This document shows positions 27,856 to 37,479 of a stretch of 64,000 nucleotides of DNA, piece by piece (the first letter of the stretch is position 1; the number at the start of each line of letters is the position of its first letter). Both the position numbers and the translations under genes were made by a program. The notes under the pieces are model-generated. The model searched no databases. It saw nothing but the letters and a program-made list of their open reading frames with translations, and was not told the DNA's origin. Source of the stretch: Candidatus Woesearchaeota archaeon. GTDB lineage: Archaea > Nanobdellota > Nanobdellia > Woesearchaeales > GW2011-AR9. The stretch lies in the NCBI GenBank assembly GCA_018696595.1, contig JABHQW010000001.1:22428-86427 (forward strand), written 5' to 3'.

Positions 27856-28471
27856 CATCCCCATCTGGAATGCCAATATCGACAATAACAGTTTTATCTT
27901 TAAATTTCTCTAAACCTTTCTTTAAATCATGGAAACAAATAATTAAATCTGCTTGACAAACCTTTTCTCCTTCTCCAGTATCCCCGTCCATTCCAGAAGG
28001 AAGGTCAACAGCCACTTTAGCACCAGAAGTTGAATTAAATAAATCAATTGCAGAAGCGAATGGTTCTCTAACTATTCCAGTAAATCCGGTTCCCAATAAA
28101 GCATCAATTAAAATATAATCTTTATTTTGAAAATGAAACGCTTTAAGTTCTTCTTTATCTCGGATTTCAATTACTGCGTCTTTAATCTTCTTATAATTCT
28201 GTTCGGCTTCTTCAGATTGTTTCTCTACATCCCCAAAGAATAGAACTAAAACTTTACTTTCCTCGGCAAAATGTCTAGCAGCCACAAAACCATCACCGCC
28301 ATTATTACCTTGGCCACAGAAGATAACAATCTGTTTATTATCTAGTTCAAACTTTTGCTGAACTGTTTCAAACACAGCTTTCCCCGCATTTTCCATCAAC
28401 TCAGAAACAGAAATTCCTTGCTGAATTGCTTGCTCTTCAAGAGCTTTCATTTCCTTTACAGTAATCATCAT
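27833..28471 (-). CDS. nnrE: NAD(P)H-hydrate epimerase (YjeF N-terminal domain)
   Basis: LMENAG, CGQGNNGGDG, DALLGTG, AVDLPSG. Confidence 0.92.
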   Translation of the reverse strand: MMITVKEMKALEEQAIQQGISVSELMENAGKAVFETVQQKFELDNKQIVIFCGQGNNGGDGFVAARHFAEESKVLVLFFGDVEKQSEEAEQNYKKIKDAVIEIRDKEELKAFHFQNKDYILIDALLGTGFTGIVREPFASAIDLFNSTSGAKVAVDLPSGMDGDTGEGEKVCQADLIICFHDLKKGLEKFKDKTVIVDIGIPDGDVKIEKFQ

Positions 28472-28510
28472 TAAACCGAAATCTAAACTACTTTATATGT
28501 GTTTAGCATA

Positions 28511-29335
28511 TTAGTATTCAACAAATTGTCCATCCACTAACTCTCCAAAAGAAATCTTGCAACCTCGAACCCTTAAAGCCTGTACTGTTCTTTTGTAGGC
28601 GGGTTCTTCCAAGCTGGATAAGAAAGTAGCACAACCATCCCCAATCAGTTCCCCTGTTGAGAAACTTTCAACAATAAAGTCTAATAGTTCGGATTCATTT
28701 ATTGGGACTAATTCATTTACCAAAAGCGGATCTATTCTCTCTTTTAATTCCGGAAAAGATAAATGTGTTCTTGCTTTATAAGAAACCATGTTGCCACCAT
28801 ATCCATAAGCATCGTGCACGTTTGTTGGAGAAACTTCAATTAAGTCACTTCTTTTTAATCCAAGCTCTGTCTCCATTCTTACTCTTAAAAATTCTTCAAA
28901 TTCCAAATCTCCTTCTTTTAGATTACACATCCCTGCGGCTGAACAATCCAATAAACCAGCGGCCAAAATGTTGTCCCCTCTTCTTTGAACAACTAATTTT
29001 TTATCACTAGTGTATAAAGCAACACCTACAGAAGATGCCCTTGATAAATCATAAAGGTTTTCGCTTAAAGGCCGTTGTGGCAGTGATATTGTAGCGGAAA
29101 TAACATCATAATGACGAAAATTAATCCCAATAAAAGATAATGCGCCTTGAGTATCCCAAAAATTTCCTAAACGCCCGTCCCATTGACCATTCTTTCTTTC
29201 CTGCCAAATTTGTCTAAATATTTCTTGATCTTTGTTATTAAGAAAATCCCCATAATCTCCTTCTAAACGTATTGGAGAAGCAATAACATCAGAAAGATTA
29301 TTTGCTTCAAAACAATAAAACTTAATATCTCCCAT
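28511..29335 (-). CDS. Extended Nudix-fold protein (NUDT22-like)
   Basis: SVGVALYTSDKKLVVQRRG...SAAGMCN...RMETELGL. Confidence 0.5.
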   Translation of the reverse strand: MGDIKFYCFEANNLSDVIASPIRLEGDYGDFLNNKDQEIFRQIWQERKNGQWDGRLGNFWDTQGALSFIGINFRHYDVISATISLPQRPLSENLYDLSRASSVGVALYTSDKKLVVQRRGDNILAAGLLDCSAAGMCNLKEGDLEFEEFLRVRMETELGLKRSDLIEVSPTNVHDAYGYGGNMVSYKARTHLSFPELKERIDPLLVNELVPINESELLDFIVESFSTGELIGDGCATFLSSLEEPAYKRTVQALRVRGCKISFGELVDGQFVEY

Positions 29336-29402
29336 AATAAATTGTCAGCTGAAGATAACTTTTATAAAGTTTCTGAATTTATAGAATTGAAAAGAGGGTA
29401 AT

Positions 29403-31214
29403 ATGTCTTTAAGCTTAAAGAAATATCAAGAAATTGATCTGAAACACAATCTTAAAACATTGTGGGGTTTTGTTAGTAAATACAAGTTAATTCTCTTTTC
29501 AATCATTGGACTTATGTTTGTTAATGAAGGGGTTGTTTTCTTAGACAATTTTATTTTCAAATATTTGGTTGATAAAGGAACATTATTTACAAATAATGAA
29601 CTTAGTGCAGAATTATTTGCTAAAGTAATAATTGGTTCAGTATTAGTTTATTTGGGATTAAAAGTTATTGATGCCGTTCTTTGGTATTTCATGATCCATT
29701 TTACTAATCGCTTAGAATCAAAAATGATGTCAGACATAGAAAAGAAATCATTCTGGCACATTCTAAAGTTATCTTACAGATTTCATTTAAACAAAAAAAC
29801 AGGATCTATTATTTCACAGTTTACTCGGGGTATTAACAAAGTAGAAACTTTTGCTGACGCTTTCTTATTTCATTTCGTTAAAGTTTTCTTCAGAATAATA
29901 CTTGCCATCGGAGTGATTTTCTATTTTGATTTAGCTACAGCATTGACATTGTTGGCGATGATTGTCGTATTTGTATTTGTTGGGTTCCATATTACTAACT
30001 TACAAAAGAAACCGCAAAACATTGCTAATTATCGTGAAGATGTTTTGAAACAAAACCTGAGTGATGTTTTCCTAAACATTGAAACTGTAAAATATTTTGC
30101 TAAAGAAAAAAGCACGCAGGGATTCTTTAGTGCATTATCACACAGATTAAGAGATTCACGTTATAAGTTCTGGAATTACTTCTCCTGGCACGCTGGAATT
30201 CAAACTATGGTTTTAGGGATTGGAATCTCTTTAATCTTCTATTTCAGTTTTACTGGATTACTTACTGGAAGATTAACTTTAGGAACAATTACACTTATTT
30301 ATGCTGCAGTTTGGAAATTAATTCCAAACTTATTCGGACTAATTCATGGATACAGACAATTTGTTAGAAGCATTGTCGATGTAGATGCTTTATTTAAGAT
30401 GTTTAAAGAAGAGAATGAGGTTAAAGATTTAGTTCATGCAAAGAAATTAAAAGTTGATGAAGGAGAGATTGTATTTAAGAATGTTACTTTCACTTATCCC
30501 GTTACCAAACAAAGCCATCAACCGAAAACTGTTATTAAGAATTTTGATTATAAAGTTAAAAAATATCATAAAGTTGCCTTTGTCGGTCCTTCAGGAGGAG
30601 GAAAAACAACAATGATTAAGTTACTTTATAGGTTGTTTGACCTTTCAGAAGGAAAAATATTAATTGATGGCCAAGATATTAGTAAAATCACTCAAGAATC
30701 TCTTCGTGACAATATGAGTGTTGTTCCTCAAGAACCTTTGTTGTTTGACAATTCTCTGTGGTACAATATTGCTTATGCCAATCCAAAAGCAAGTAAACGA
30801 CAAATTTGGAAAGCGATTAAGTTTGCTCAATTAGATAAGTTTATTGCAGACCTTCCTAACAGAGAGAAAACAATTGTGGGTGAAAGGGGTGTTAAGTTAT
30901 CTGGTGGAGAAAAGCAAAGAGTTTCTATTGCTCGAGCTTTGCTTGCAAACAAAAAAATATTAGTTTTAGATGAAGCTACTTCTGCTCTTGATTCAGAAAC
31001 AGAGAAAGAGATTCAGAAAGATTTAGAGAAGTTAATGAAAGGCCGAACAACCATTATGATTGCTCACAGATTATCTACAATTATGAAAGCTAATGAGATT
31101 GTTGTTATTAGTAAAGGTAAGATTGTAGAGGCCGGAACCCATAAAGAATTGACTAATAAACGCGGTGGATTGTATAGGCGGTTATGGGAACTGCAAAGAG
31201 GCGGTGGATTGTAG
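29403..31214 (+). CDS. ABC exporter, fused TMD-NBD (MdlB/Atm1-like)
   Basis: Six TM helices, GPSGGGKT, LSGGEKQR, LDEATSALD, AHRLST. Confidence 0.93.
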   Translation: MSLSLKKYQEIDLKHNLKTLWGFVSKYKLILFSIIGLMFVNEGVVFLDNFIFKYLVDKGTLFTNNELSAELFAKVIIGSVLVYLGLKVIDAVLWYFMIHFTNRLESKMMSDIEKKSFWHILKLSYRFHLNKKTGSIISQFTRGINKVETFADAFLFHFVKVFFRIILAIGVIFYFDLATALTLLAMIVVFVFVGFHITNLQKKPQNIANYREDVLKQNLSDVFLNIETVKYFAKEKSTQGFFSALSHRLRDSRYKFWNYFSWHAGIQTMVLGIGISLIFYFSFTGLLTGRLTLGTITLIYAAVWKLIPNLFGLIHGYRQFVRSIVDVDALFKMFKEENEVKDLVHAKKLKVDEGEIVFKNVTFTYPVTKQSHQPKTVIKNFDYKVKKYHKVAFVGPSGGGKTTMIKLLYRLFDLSEGKILIDGQDISKITQESLRDNMSVVPQEPLLFDNSLWYNIAYANPKASKRQIWKAIKFAQLDKFIADLPNREKTIVGERGVKLSGGEKQRVSIARALLANKKILVLDEATSALDSETEKEIQKDLEKLMKGRTTIMIAHRLSTIMKANEIVVISKGKIVEAGTHKELTNKRGGLYRRLWELQRGGGL

Positions 31215-31222
31215 AGATTAAT

Positions 31223-31627
31223 ATGTTAACTGCTGCAAGAGTAATCATTCTGAAAAATAACAAAATTCTTTTTATTCACAGAATAAAGTACGGAAAAGAA
31301 TATTATGTTCTTCCTGGCGGTGCGATTGAAGCTAATGAGACTCCTGAAGCAGCAGCAGTTAGGGAAATTAAAGAAGAAACTAATTTTGAGATTAAAATTG
31401 ATAAATTACTTTGGGGATCTGAAGAATTTGTTAAAAGTGAAAAAAGATATGCTTATTATTTCTTAGCAAAAAGTTTTACTGGTAAATTAAAACTGGGTGG
31501 ACCAGAAATTGTAAGACAAGCTGAAGATAATCAATATATATTCGAATGGTTAACAATATCTGAATTAGATAAGTTATTAGTTTATCCAGAAGGATTAAAA
31601 GAAAGAATTAAAGAATATTTCTCTTAA
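31223..31627 (+). CDS. Nudix hydrolase
   Basis: PGGAIEANETPEAAAVREIKEET; start moved to ATG 31223. Confidence 0.9.
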   Translation: MLTAARVIILKNNKILFIHRIKYGKEYYVLPGGAIEANETPEAAAVREIKEETNFEIKIDKLLWGSEEFVKSEKRYAYYFLAKSFTGKLKLGGPEIVRQAEDNQYIFEWLTISELDKLLVYPEGLKERIKEYFS

Positions 31628-31707
31628 AATAAATATATAATATCAATTTGGTAGTTTGTGAGAAAATAGTAGCAAAATATTTAAAATAAACACAAAATAA
31701 ACAGTTT

Positions 31708-32232
31708 ATGGGTAAAAAAAGTAATAAAATTAGCAGATTAGAAAAAAATTTAATGAAAGTAAACGCGGTAATCCTAATCCATCCTGCTTATGACTTAAGA
31801 GATTTAGAATCACATAACAAAAGTCCAGAATCTTATATTGGCGGATTAAAAGAAATGAACCAAATAGCAATCAGAGTAGGTAAACCAATTTATGCTATTC
31901 CTTATACTTTAGCTAACCCTAAAAAGTTACCCCCAGAGATTATAGAACCTTGGGAAATACTCCACCCTGGTATGTATGGTGTTAATCCAAACATGGGGTT
32001 ACAGCAAATATCTGCAAAAGAGAATGTTCCACTAAAAGAATTAGTTATTGCCTTAGGGGGAATGTATGAAACAGCTTGTATGGCATTATGGGGCCAATGT
32101 TGTTTTAGAAACTATTATGGTAGAGAAGTTAGAGATGAGTATCAAGATAATCTTGAAATATTAACTAAAACTATTCCAATAAAAGGTCGTTCTGCAAAAG
32201 TGATTCAATCTATAACTCGTGATAAATCTTAA
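31708..32232 (+). CDS. Hypothetical protein
   Basis: 174 aa ORF with TATA-like element upstream; weak resemblance to cysteine-hydrolase fold (LGGMYETAC). Confidence 0.55.
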   Translation: MGKKSNKISRLEKNLMKVNAVILIHPAYDLRDLESHNKSPESYIGGLKEMNQIAIRVGKPIYAIPYTLANPKKLPPEIIEPWEILHPGMYGVNPNMGLQQISAKENVPLKELVIALGGMYETACMALWGQCCFRNYYGREVRDEYQDNLEILTKTIPIKGRSAKVIQSITRDKS

Positions 32233-32639
32233 AGTAGATAATAAACCCCAACACTAACCAAGAATCCTAACACAGAGCCAACGATAACTTGTAAAGGGGT
32301 ATGGCCCATAGAAAAGTGGGTTTTCTTTTTCATCTTTAACTTTTTCATGATATCATTAATAACAATACCTTCTTCACCAGCAGTTCGACGCACACCAAAA
32401 GCATCTCTAAGAACAACCATAGCAAAAACTAAACTAATAGCAAAACTAGTAGACAAACCCTCTACCAAATAAATTATTGTAACTAAAGAAACTACGAAAG
32501 CAGCATGAGAACTTGGCATTCCACCAGTTACGACTAAGTCATGCCAACTTAAAGTCTTATGTTTAAACCATAAACCAATCAATTTTATTACTTGCGTACC
32601 AAATCCCGCTAGTAATAAAGCCAATATTATTTTGTTCAT
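32229..32639 (-). CDS. Divergent PAP2 family (DUF212-type) membrane protein
   Basis: TGGMPSSHAA, VLRDAFGVRR, MGHTPLQV. Confidence 0.88.
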   Translation of the reverse strand: MNKIILALLLAGFGTQVIKLIGLWFKHKTLSWHDLVVTGGMPSSHAAFVVSLVTIIYLVEGLSTSFAISLVFAMVVLRDAFGVRRTAGEEGIVINDIMKKLKMKKKTHFSMGHTPLQVIVGSVLGFLVSVGVYYLL

Positions 32640-33454
32640 TTACGTCCTCTTTTTTTCTTAGTAAGTTTTTTGGGTTTATTAGTTTTTCTGAAATTAAAAT
32701 CAATCATAATAGGTAAATGGTCAGAGAAAGGAAATTTCAAAACAGAATAATTAGTTACATTTATTTCTGGAGAAGTTAAAATATAATCTAATCTCCGATG
32801 AGGATTCCAAGCAGGTTCTGTGAATGGAACAGAATTCTTATCCAAACTAATTTTATCTTTCAAATGTGTTTTTTTCATTAATTCATTAATCTCTTTAATG
32901 CCATTAAAAGTGTTAAAGTCACCCATTAAGATCACGGGCGTTTTTATCCCATTTACAATATCAATTAATTCTTTAATTTGTTTACCTCTGGCTTTCTTAC
33001 CTAAAGATAAATGAGCAACTAGAAAAGTGACTTTTTTTGGACACTTAACAGTTGCTTCTATAACCATTCTTTTAGTTCCTTCATGAAAAACATGGTATTT
33101 AATATCAGTAAGATTAAATCTAGAGATTAAAGCATTAGCTTGTTTTCCTAATATAGGAAGATGATGAAATAATTTTAACCAACCAGTTATAGGATATTTT
33201 ATTTTTTCTATAAATGAATTTAATCCTAATTCCTCTTCTATAAAACGAACTTCATCTTTTCCCCTAGAACGTAAAGACCCAGTATCAACTTCAATTAAAG
33301 CAAGGATATCCGCTTTAAGTTGTTTAAGAGAACCAATAATTCTTTCATCTAACTTTTTGGGTGGGAAAAATATTTTCCAGAATTTCAAGTATTGGTACCA
33401 TTTCCCGGGAATCCCCTCACAATATTCAATGTTATAACTAATCACCCTTACCAT
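32636..33454 (-). CDS. Endonuclease/exonuclease/phosphatase (EEP) family protein
   Basis: ISYNI, ALIEVD, MGDFN, RLDYI, FSDHLP; start moved to ATG 33454. Confidence 0.88.
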   Translation of the reverse strand: MVRVISYNIEYCEGIPGKWYQYLKFWKIFFPPKKLDERIIGSLKQLKADILALIEVDTGSLRSRGKDEVRFIEEELGLNSFIEKIKYPITGWLKLFHHLPILGKQANALISRFNLTDIKYHVFHEGTKRMVIEATVKCPKKVTFLVAHLSLGKKARGKQIKELIDIVNGIKTPVILMGDFNTFNGIKEINELMKKTHLKDKISLDKNSVPFTEPAWNPHRRLDYILTSPEINVTNYSVLKFPFSDHLPIMIDFNFRKTNKPKKLTKKKRGRK

Positions 33455-33559
33455 CTTTTGTTTTATTAAATCAATGAGGTATAAAATACTTTCCAAAGTA
33501 ATATATATTATAACACAAACTAAAAAAGCTTATAAACCAATTCTTAATTTAAACAAATA

Positions 33560-34015
33560 ATGTTAAAGACAATCAAAAAAATTACTGAACAAGCTTTTAA
33601 GGAACTAACAACTTTAGGAGGATCAATATTCTATGCTTTTATTTTACTTTTAGTTTTACTGTTAGGAGAACTAGAATTATTCATTCACTTGCTGATCGGA
33701 TTATTTTTCAGTTTACTGATTGTTGTTTTGATCAGAACATTCTATTTTAAGAACAGACCAAAGAAACAGAGATATAACAATTACTTAGAAAGAATTGACG
33801 CGTCTTCGTTTCCTAGTTGGCACGCAGCCAGAGCAATCTTCTTGGCTTCAATGTTCTCTTACTTCTTCATTAACAAATATATGACTGGGGCTTTGATATT
33901 AACTGCTTTAGCGGTATCTTATTCTCGGATTTATCTTAAGAAACATGATTGGGTTGATATTCTGGGTGGATTAGTTTTAGGTATGGTTACTTTCTTGTTA
34001 GTGTTCTTGATTTAA
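33560..34015 (+). CDS. PAP2-superfamily membrane phosphatase
   Basis: KNRP, SFPSWH, SRIYLKKHDWVD. Confidence 0.8.
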   Translation: MLKTIKKITEQAFKELTTLGGSIFYAFILLLVLLLGELELFIHLLIGLFFSLLIVVLIRTFYFKNRPKKQRYNNYLERIDASSFPSWHAARAIFLASMFSYFFINKYMTGALILTALAVSYSRIYLKKHDWVDILGGLVLGMVTFLLVFLI

Positions 34016-34024
34016 AAATTCTAA

Positions 34025-35314
34025 TTATTTAAGTATCCCATAACCGATTAACCTAAATCTATCACCAACTCTTCTAGAAATAGTAATTCTTTCACCAGCA
34101 TTTGCTGCAATAGGTTTCTTCAAAACACAAGTAGTATTTTTCTTACTAGGATCTGTAACAACACCAACAGTAGCGGCAGAATTTACATTAAGCATTAAGA
34201 TTTCATTCTTAGCTAAAGGTTTAACATCTGTTTCTTCTTTAGTCCCAACAACTCTTTCCAACAAGTTTGTAACTAAAGAAATTTGATTTCTAACTTCTGG
34301 AAGTTTACCAGAAACGCCGACTAATGAACCAGTTAATGAATCAGATTTAACAATTGTAGGATCTAAAGTAGTAGCAATAGCCATACTTCCACCGGGAGAA
34401 ATTTCATCCACAGGAGCACCACCAGAAAAGATTTTAGTAATTTTAGTTTTCAAAGATCTCCAAACTTTTTTATTTTTTTCTTCTACACTATAACCAGGAA
34501 CAATCTCAATCTCATCACCAACTTTAAATGTGCCTTGTTTAATAGTTCCACCTAAAACTCCACCAATTAAATTATCTGGCTTAATTCCAGGTTTATTAAT
34601 ATCAAAAGATCTTGCTACTAACATAATTGGTTCTGCATCTAGATTTCTTTCAGGAGTAGGAATAAATTCTTGAATTGATTTAACTAAAACGTCAACGTTA
34701 ACGTTAGCTCTTGCAGACATAGGAATAATTGGAGCATCTTTATAATCAGTAGTAGATAAAAATTCTTTAATTTGGCCATAATTCTTCATTGCTTCTTCAG
34801 GGCTAACTAAATCTATTTTGTTTTGAACAATGATAATATTCTTAATTCCAGAAATTTGTAATGCCATCAGATGTTCTTTAGTTTGTGGTTGAGGGCATTT
34901 TTCGTTTGCTGCCACCATTAATAGTGCTCCGTCAACGATTGCCGCTCCACTAAGCATTGTTGCCATTAAGGATTCGTGGCCAGGAGCATCAACTAAAGAA
35001 ATTTTCCTAATAAACTTAGTTTCTTTATTACATTTAATACATTTACTTTTAGGAGTATGAAAATCGCATTTGTCGCAGTAATAAACTGAGAAGTCAGCAT
35101 AACCTAAACGGATAGTAATACCTTTCTTTAACTCTTCTGAATGTGTATCTGTCCACTTTCCAGATAGTCTTTCGGTTAAAGTAGTTTTACCATGATCAAC
35201 ATGACCAACTAAAGCGATATTTAGAACTGGTTGAACAACTTCTTCTTTTGCTTTCTTTTTAGTAGAAGTCTTCTTTTTAGTTGTTTTTTCTGTAGTTTCT
35301 TTCTTCTTAGCCAT
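34025..35314 (-). CDS. eif2g: Translation initiation factor aIF2 gamma
   Basis: GHVDHGKTT, KGITIRLGY, DAPGHESLM, QNKID. Confidence 0.97.
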   Translation of the reverse strand: MAKKKETTEKTTKKKTSTKKKAKEEVVQPVLNIALVGHVDHGKTTLTERLSGKWTDTHSEELKKGITIRLGYADFSVYYCDKCDFHTPKSKCIKCNKETKFIRKISLVDAPGHESLMATMLSGAAIVDGALLMVAANEKCPQPQTKEHLMALQISGIKNIIIVQNKIDLVSPEEAMKNYGQIKEFLSTTDYKDAPIIPMSARANVNVDVLVKSIQEFIPTPERNLDAEPIMLVARSFDINKPGIKPDNLIGGVLGGTIKQGTFKVGDEIEIVPGYSVEEKNKKVWRSLKTKITKIFSGGAPVDEISPGGSMAIATTLDPTIVKSDSLTGSLVGVSGKLPEVRNQISLVTNLLERVVGTKEETDVKPLAKNEILMLNVNSAATVGVVTDPSKKNTTCVLKKPIAANAGERITISRRVGDRFRLIGYGILK

Positions 35315-35368
35315 GTAATTGTTAGAAATGCGAGTTATTTATAAAGTTTTAGTGATTATTTAGTTTTA

Positions 35369-36298
35369 ATGTTCCCAAAACTACCATCAGACACAATCTT
35401 AGCACCAATGGCTGGCGTTACAGATGTAGCTTTTAGACTCTTGTGTAAAAAGTACGGCGCTGGATTAACAGTAACGGAAATGATTTCTGCGAATGCTTTA
35501 GCTAGAAATAACCAAGCTACAATAAGGATGATTGATGTAGTTGAGGAAGAGAAACCAAGAGTAATTCAACTATTTGGCCAGAATGTAGAGAGTTTAGTAA
35601 CAGCAGCAAAATATTGTGAAGATAAATGTGAAGTTTTAGATTTAAACTTTGGTTGCCCTGCTGCCAAGATTATCAGACAGGGATCAGGATCAGCATTATT
35701 ACAACGACCTAACAGACTTAAAGAGATTGTAGAGGCAGTTGTAAAAGCCGTTAAAATCCCCGTAACTGTTAAAGTTCGATTAGGCATAAGAAAAACAAAC
35801 ATCAATGTAGTAAAGATTGCTAAATTATGCGAGGAAGCTGGCGCTAGTTTAATTGCTATTCATGCCCGAACACAAAAGCAAGGTTACACGGGTAAAGCAG
35901 ATTGGGCTTGGATCAAAGAAGTAAAAGAATCTGTTTCTATTCCCGTTGCGGGAAATGGAGATGTTAGAACAGTTGAAGATTATTTAAAAATGAAAGAAGA
36001 AACAGGTTGTGATTATGTAATGATTGGTAGAGGAATCATGGGTAACCCCTACTTGTTTAAACAAATTGAAGATTATAATAAAACAGGAAAATATTCTGAA
36101 CGAGATAAGAAACAACAACTGGAAGATTTCTTTGAATATCTTAAATTAGCAGAGAGATATCAAATAAATATATTGCATATTAAATTTCATGCTCAAGCTT
36201 TTACAAAAGGCATGAAAGGCGCTTCTCAGATTCGTAATTTGTTGGGCAGAGCTAAAACATCTGCTGAAATCAAAAAGATAATGCTCACAGTACAATAA
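35369..36298 (+). CDS. dus: tRNA-dihydrouridine synthase (DusB-like)
   Basis: [30 protein letters not shown]. Confidence 0.92.
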   Translation: MFPKLPSDTILAPMAGVTDVAFRLLCKKYGAGLTVTEMISANALARNNQATIRMIDVVEEEKPRVIQLFGQNVESLVTAAKYCEDKCEVLDLNFGCPAAKIIRQGSGSALLQRPNRLKEIVEAVVKAVKIPVTVKVRLGIRKTNINVVKIAKLCEEAGASLIAIHARTQKQGYTGKADWAWIKEVKESVSIPVAGNGDVRTVEDYLKMKEETGCDYVMIGRGIMGNPYLFKQIEDYNKTGKYSERDKKQQLEDFFEYLKLAERYQINILHIKFHAQAFTKGMKGASQIRNLLGRAKTSAEIKKIMLTVQ

Positions 36299-36399
36299 TA
36301 TTTTTATACTTCTCCCAGATCCCATTTGCAAACAACATTTTAAAATTAAACGATATTACAATACAATAATGATTATAAATAAAGAAAATATTCTTCCAA

Positions 36400-37116
36400 G
36401 TGTCTCCAACAGATAGACCTATTTTCTTTGAATTTCCTAATTCCCCAATTAGAGGCATCCCACTCATTTCTGAATCAAGAGAATATCTAAACTTAGGATT
36501 TATGGAAGTGGGATGTAAACCTACAAGAAAAAGAACCCAATTAAGAGATAAGAAAGAATTATTTTACAAATGGTGGGGAGACCAATATAAGAATCAACAC
36601 GGAATTGAATGGACCCCAACAGTTTACCGAATCTTAGCACATTATTGTCCGGAGATACAACCGCGACTTTATGCTAGAAAAACAGAATTAGATGTAGTAG
36701 TCTTGTATACTGAAATTAGTCCAGAAATGTTAGGGGGATTAAATGAGTATGACAAAGAACAGATTTATCGAGTTGTTAAGAATAATCAAAGAAGAAGAGA
36801 TTTATTAGAAGAAATAATTGAAACAAAAGATGCAGAAAGTTTACATAAATTAATTGTTGAAGGTGGAAGAATACCCCAGGTGGAAATGTTAAGAGGAAAA
36901 ATGGCAGAAATTTTAGCTCAGAAAGATATTGAAGAAAATTTACCGTTTGGCATGAATTTCTTTCGTAATAGTTCCATCAATTATTTTAATCGAAGATATA
37001 GAAATGGAACTGAAATTGATGGTGTTTTAACTTTTTATGGAGAAGAGACATTTATGGAATTAGTAGAAAGATTTGGAACTATCGATCATTTAACAATTAA
37101 AGATAGATGGAACTAG
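36400..37116 (+). CDS. Hypothetical protein
   Basis: 238 aa ORF, GTG start, no recognised motif. Confidence 0.55.
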   Translation: MSPTDRPIFFEFPNSPIRGIPLISESREYLNLGFMEVGCKPTRKRTQLRDKKELFYKWWGDQYKNQHGIEWTPTVYRILAHYCPEIQPRLYARKTELDVVVLYTEISPEMLGGLNEYDKEQIYRVVKNNQRRRDLLEEIIETKDAESLHKLIVEGGRIPQVEMLRGKMAEILAQKDIEENLPFGMNFFRNSSINYFNRRYRNGTEIDGVLTFYGEETFMELVERFGTIDHLTIKDRWN

Positions 37117-37142
37117 TAAATGAATAAATAAAATTAAAAAAA

Positions 37143-37478
37143 TTATTTCTTTTTCAATCTTTTCTTAACGGCCTTCTTAATACTCTTACGGCCCTGTTTC
37201 AATCTACTTTTAACAACTCTCTTAACTTTTCCTAAATCGCCTTTCTTAATAACCCCAGAGTTATGTAAAGCACCTTCAAATTGTCTTTTAGCTGTACCTA
37301 AAACAACTTTTGCAGTTTTCTCAGAAGTACTAACTAACTCTCGAGCCAATTTTAAACTCTCTTTTTCAGTAAGACCTAAATCTTTCTTAACTTTTGCAGC
37401 AACTTTTTTTCCTTCAGCCAAAGTTAATAATCCTAATCCATAACCTGTTTTAATTGCTTTCTTAACAACATCTTCCAT
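37143..37478 (-). CDS. Phasin-like small amphipathic helical protein
   Basis: Start moved to ATG 37478 (MEDVVKKAIKTGYGLGLLT); directly downstream of the AarF kinase. Confidence 0.5.
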   Translation of the reverse strand: MEDVVKKAIKTGYGLGLLTLAEGKKVAAKVKKDLGLTEKESLKLARELVSTSEKTAKVVLGTAKRQFEGALHNSGVIKKGDLGKVKRVVKSRLKQGRKSIKKAVKKRLKKK

Positions 37479-37479
37479 C

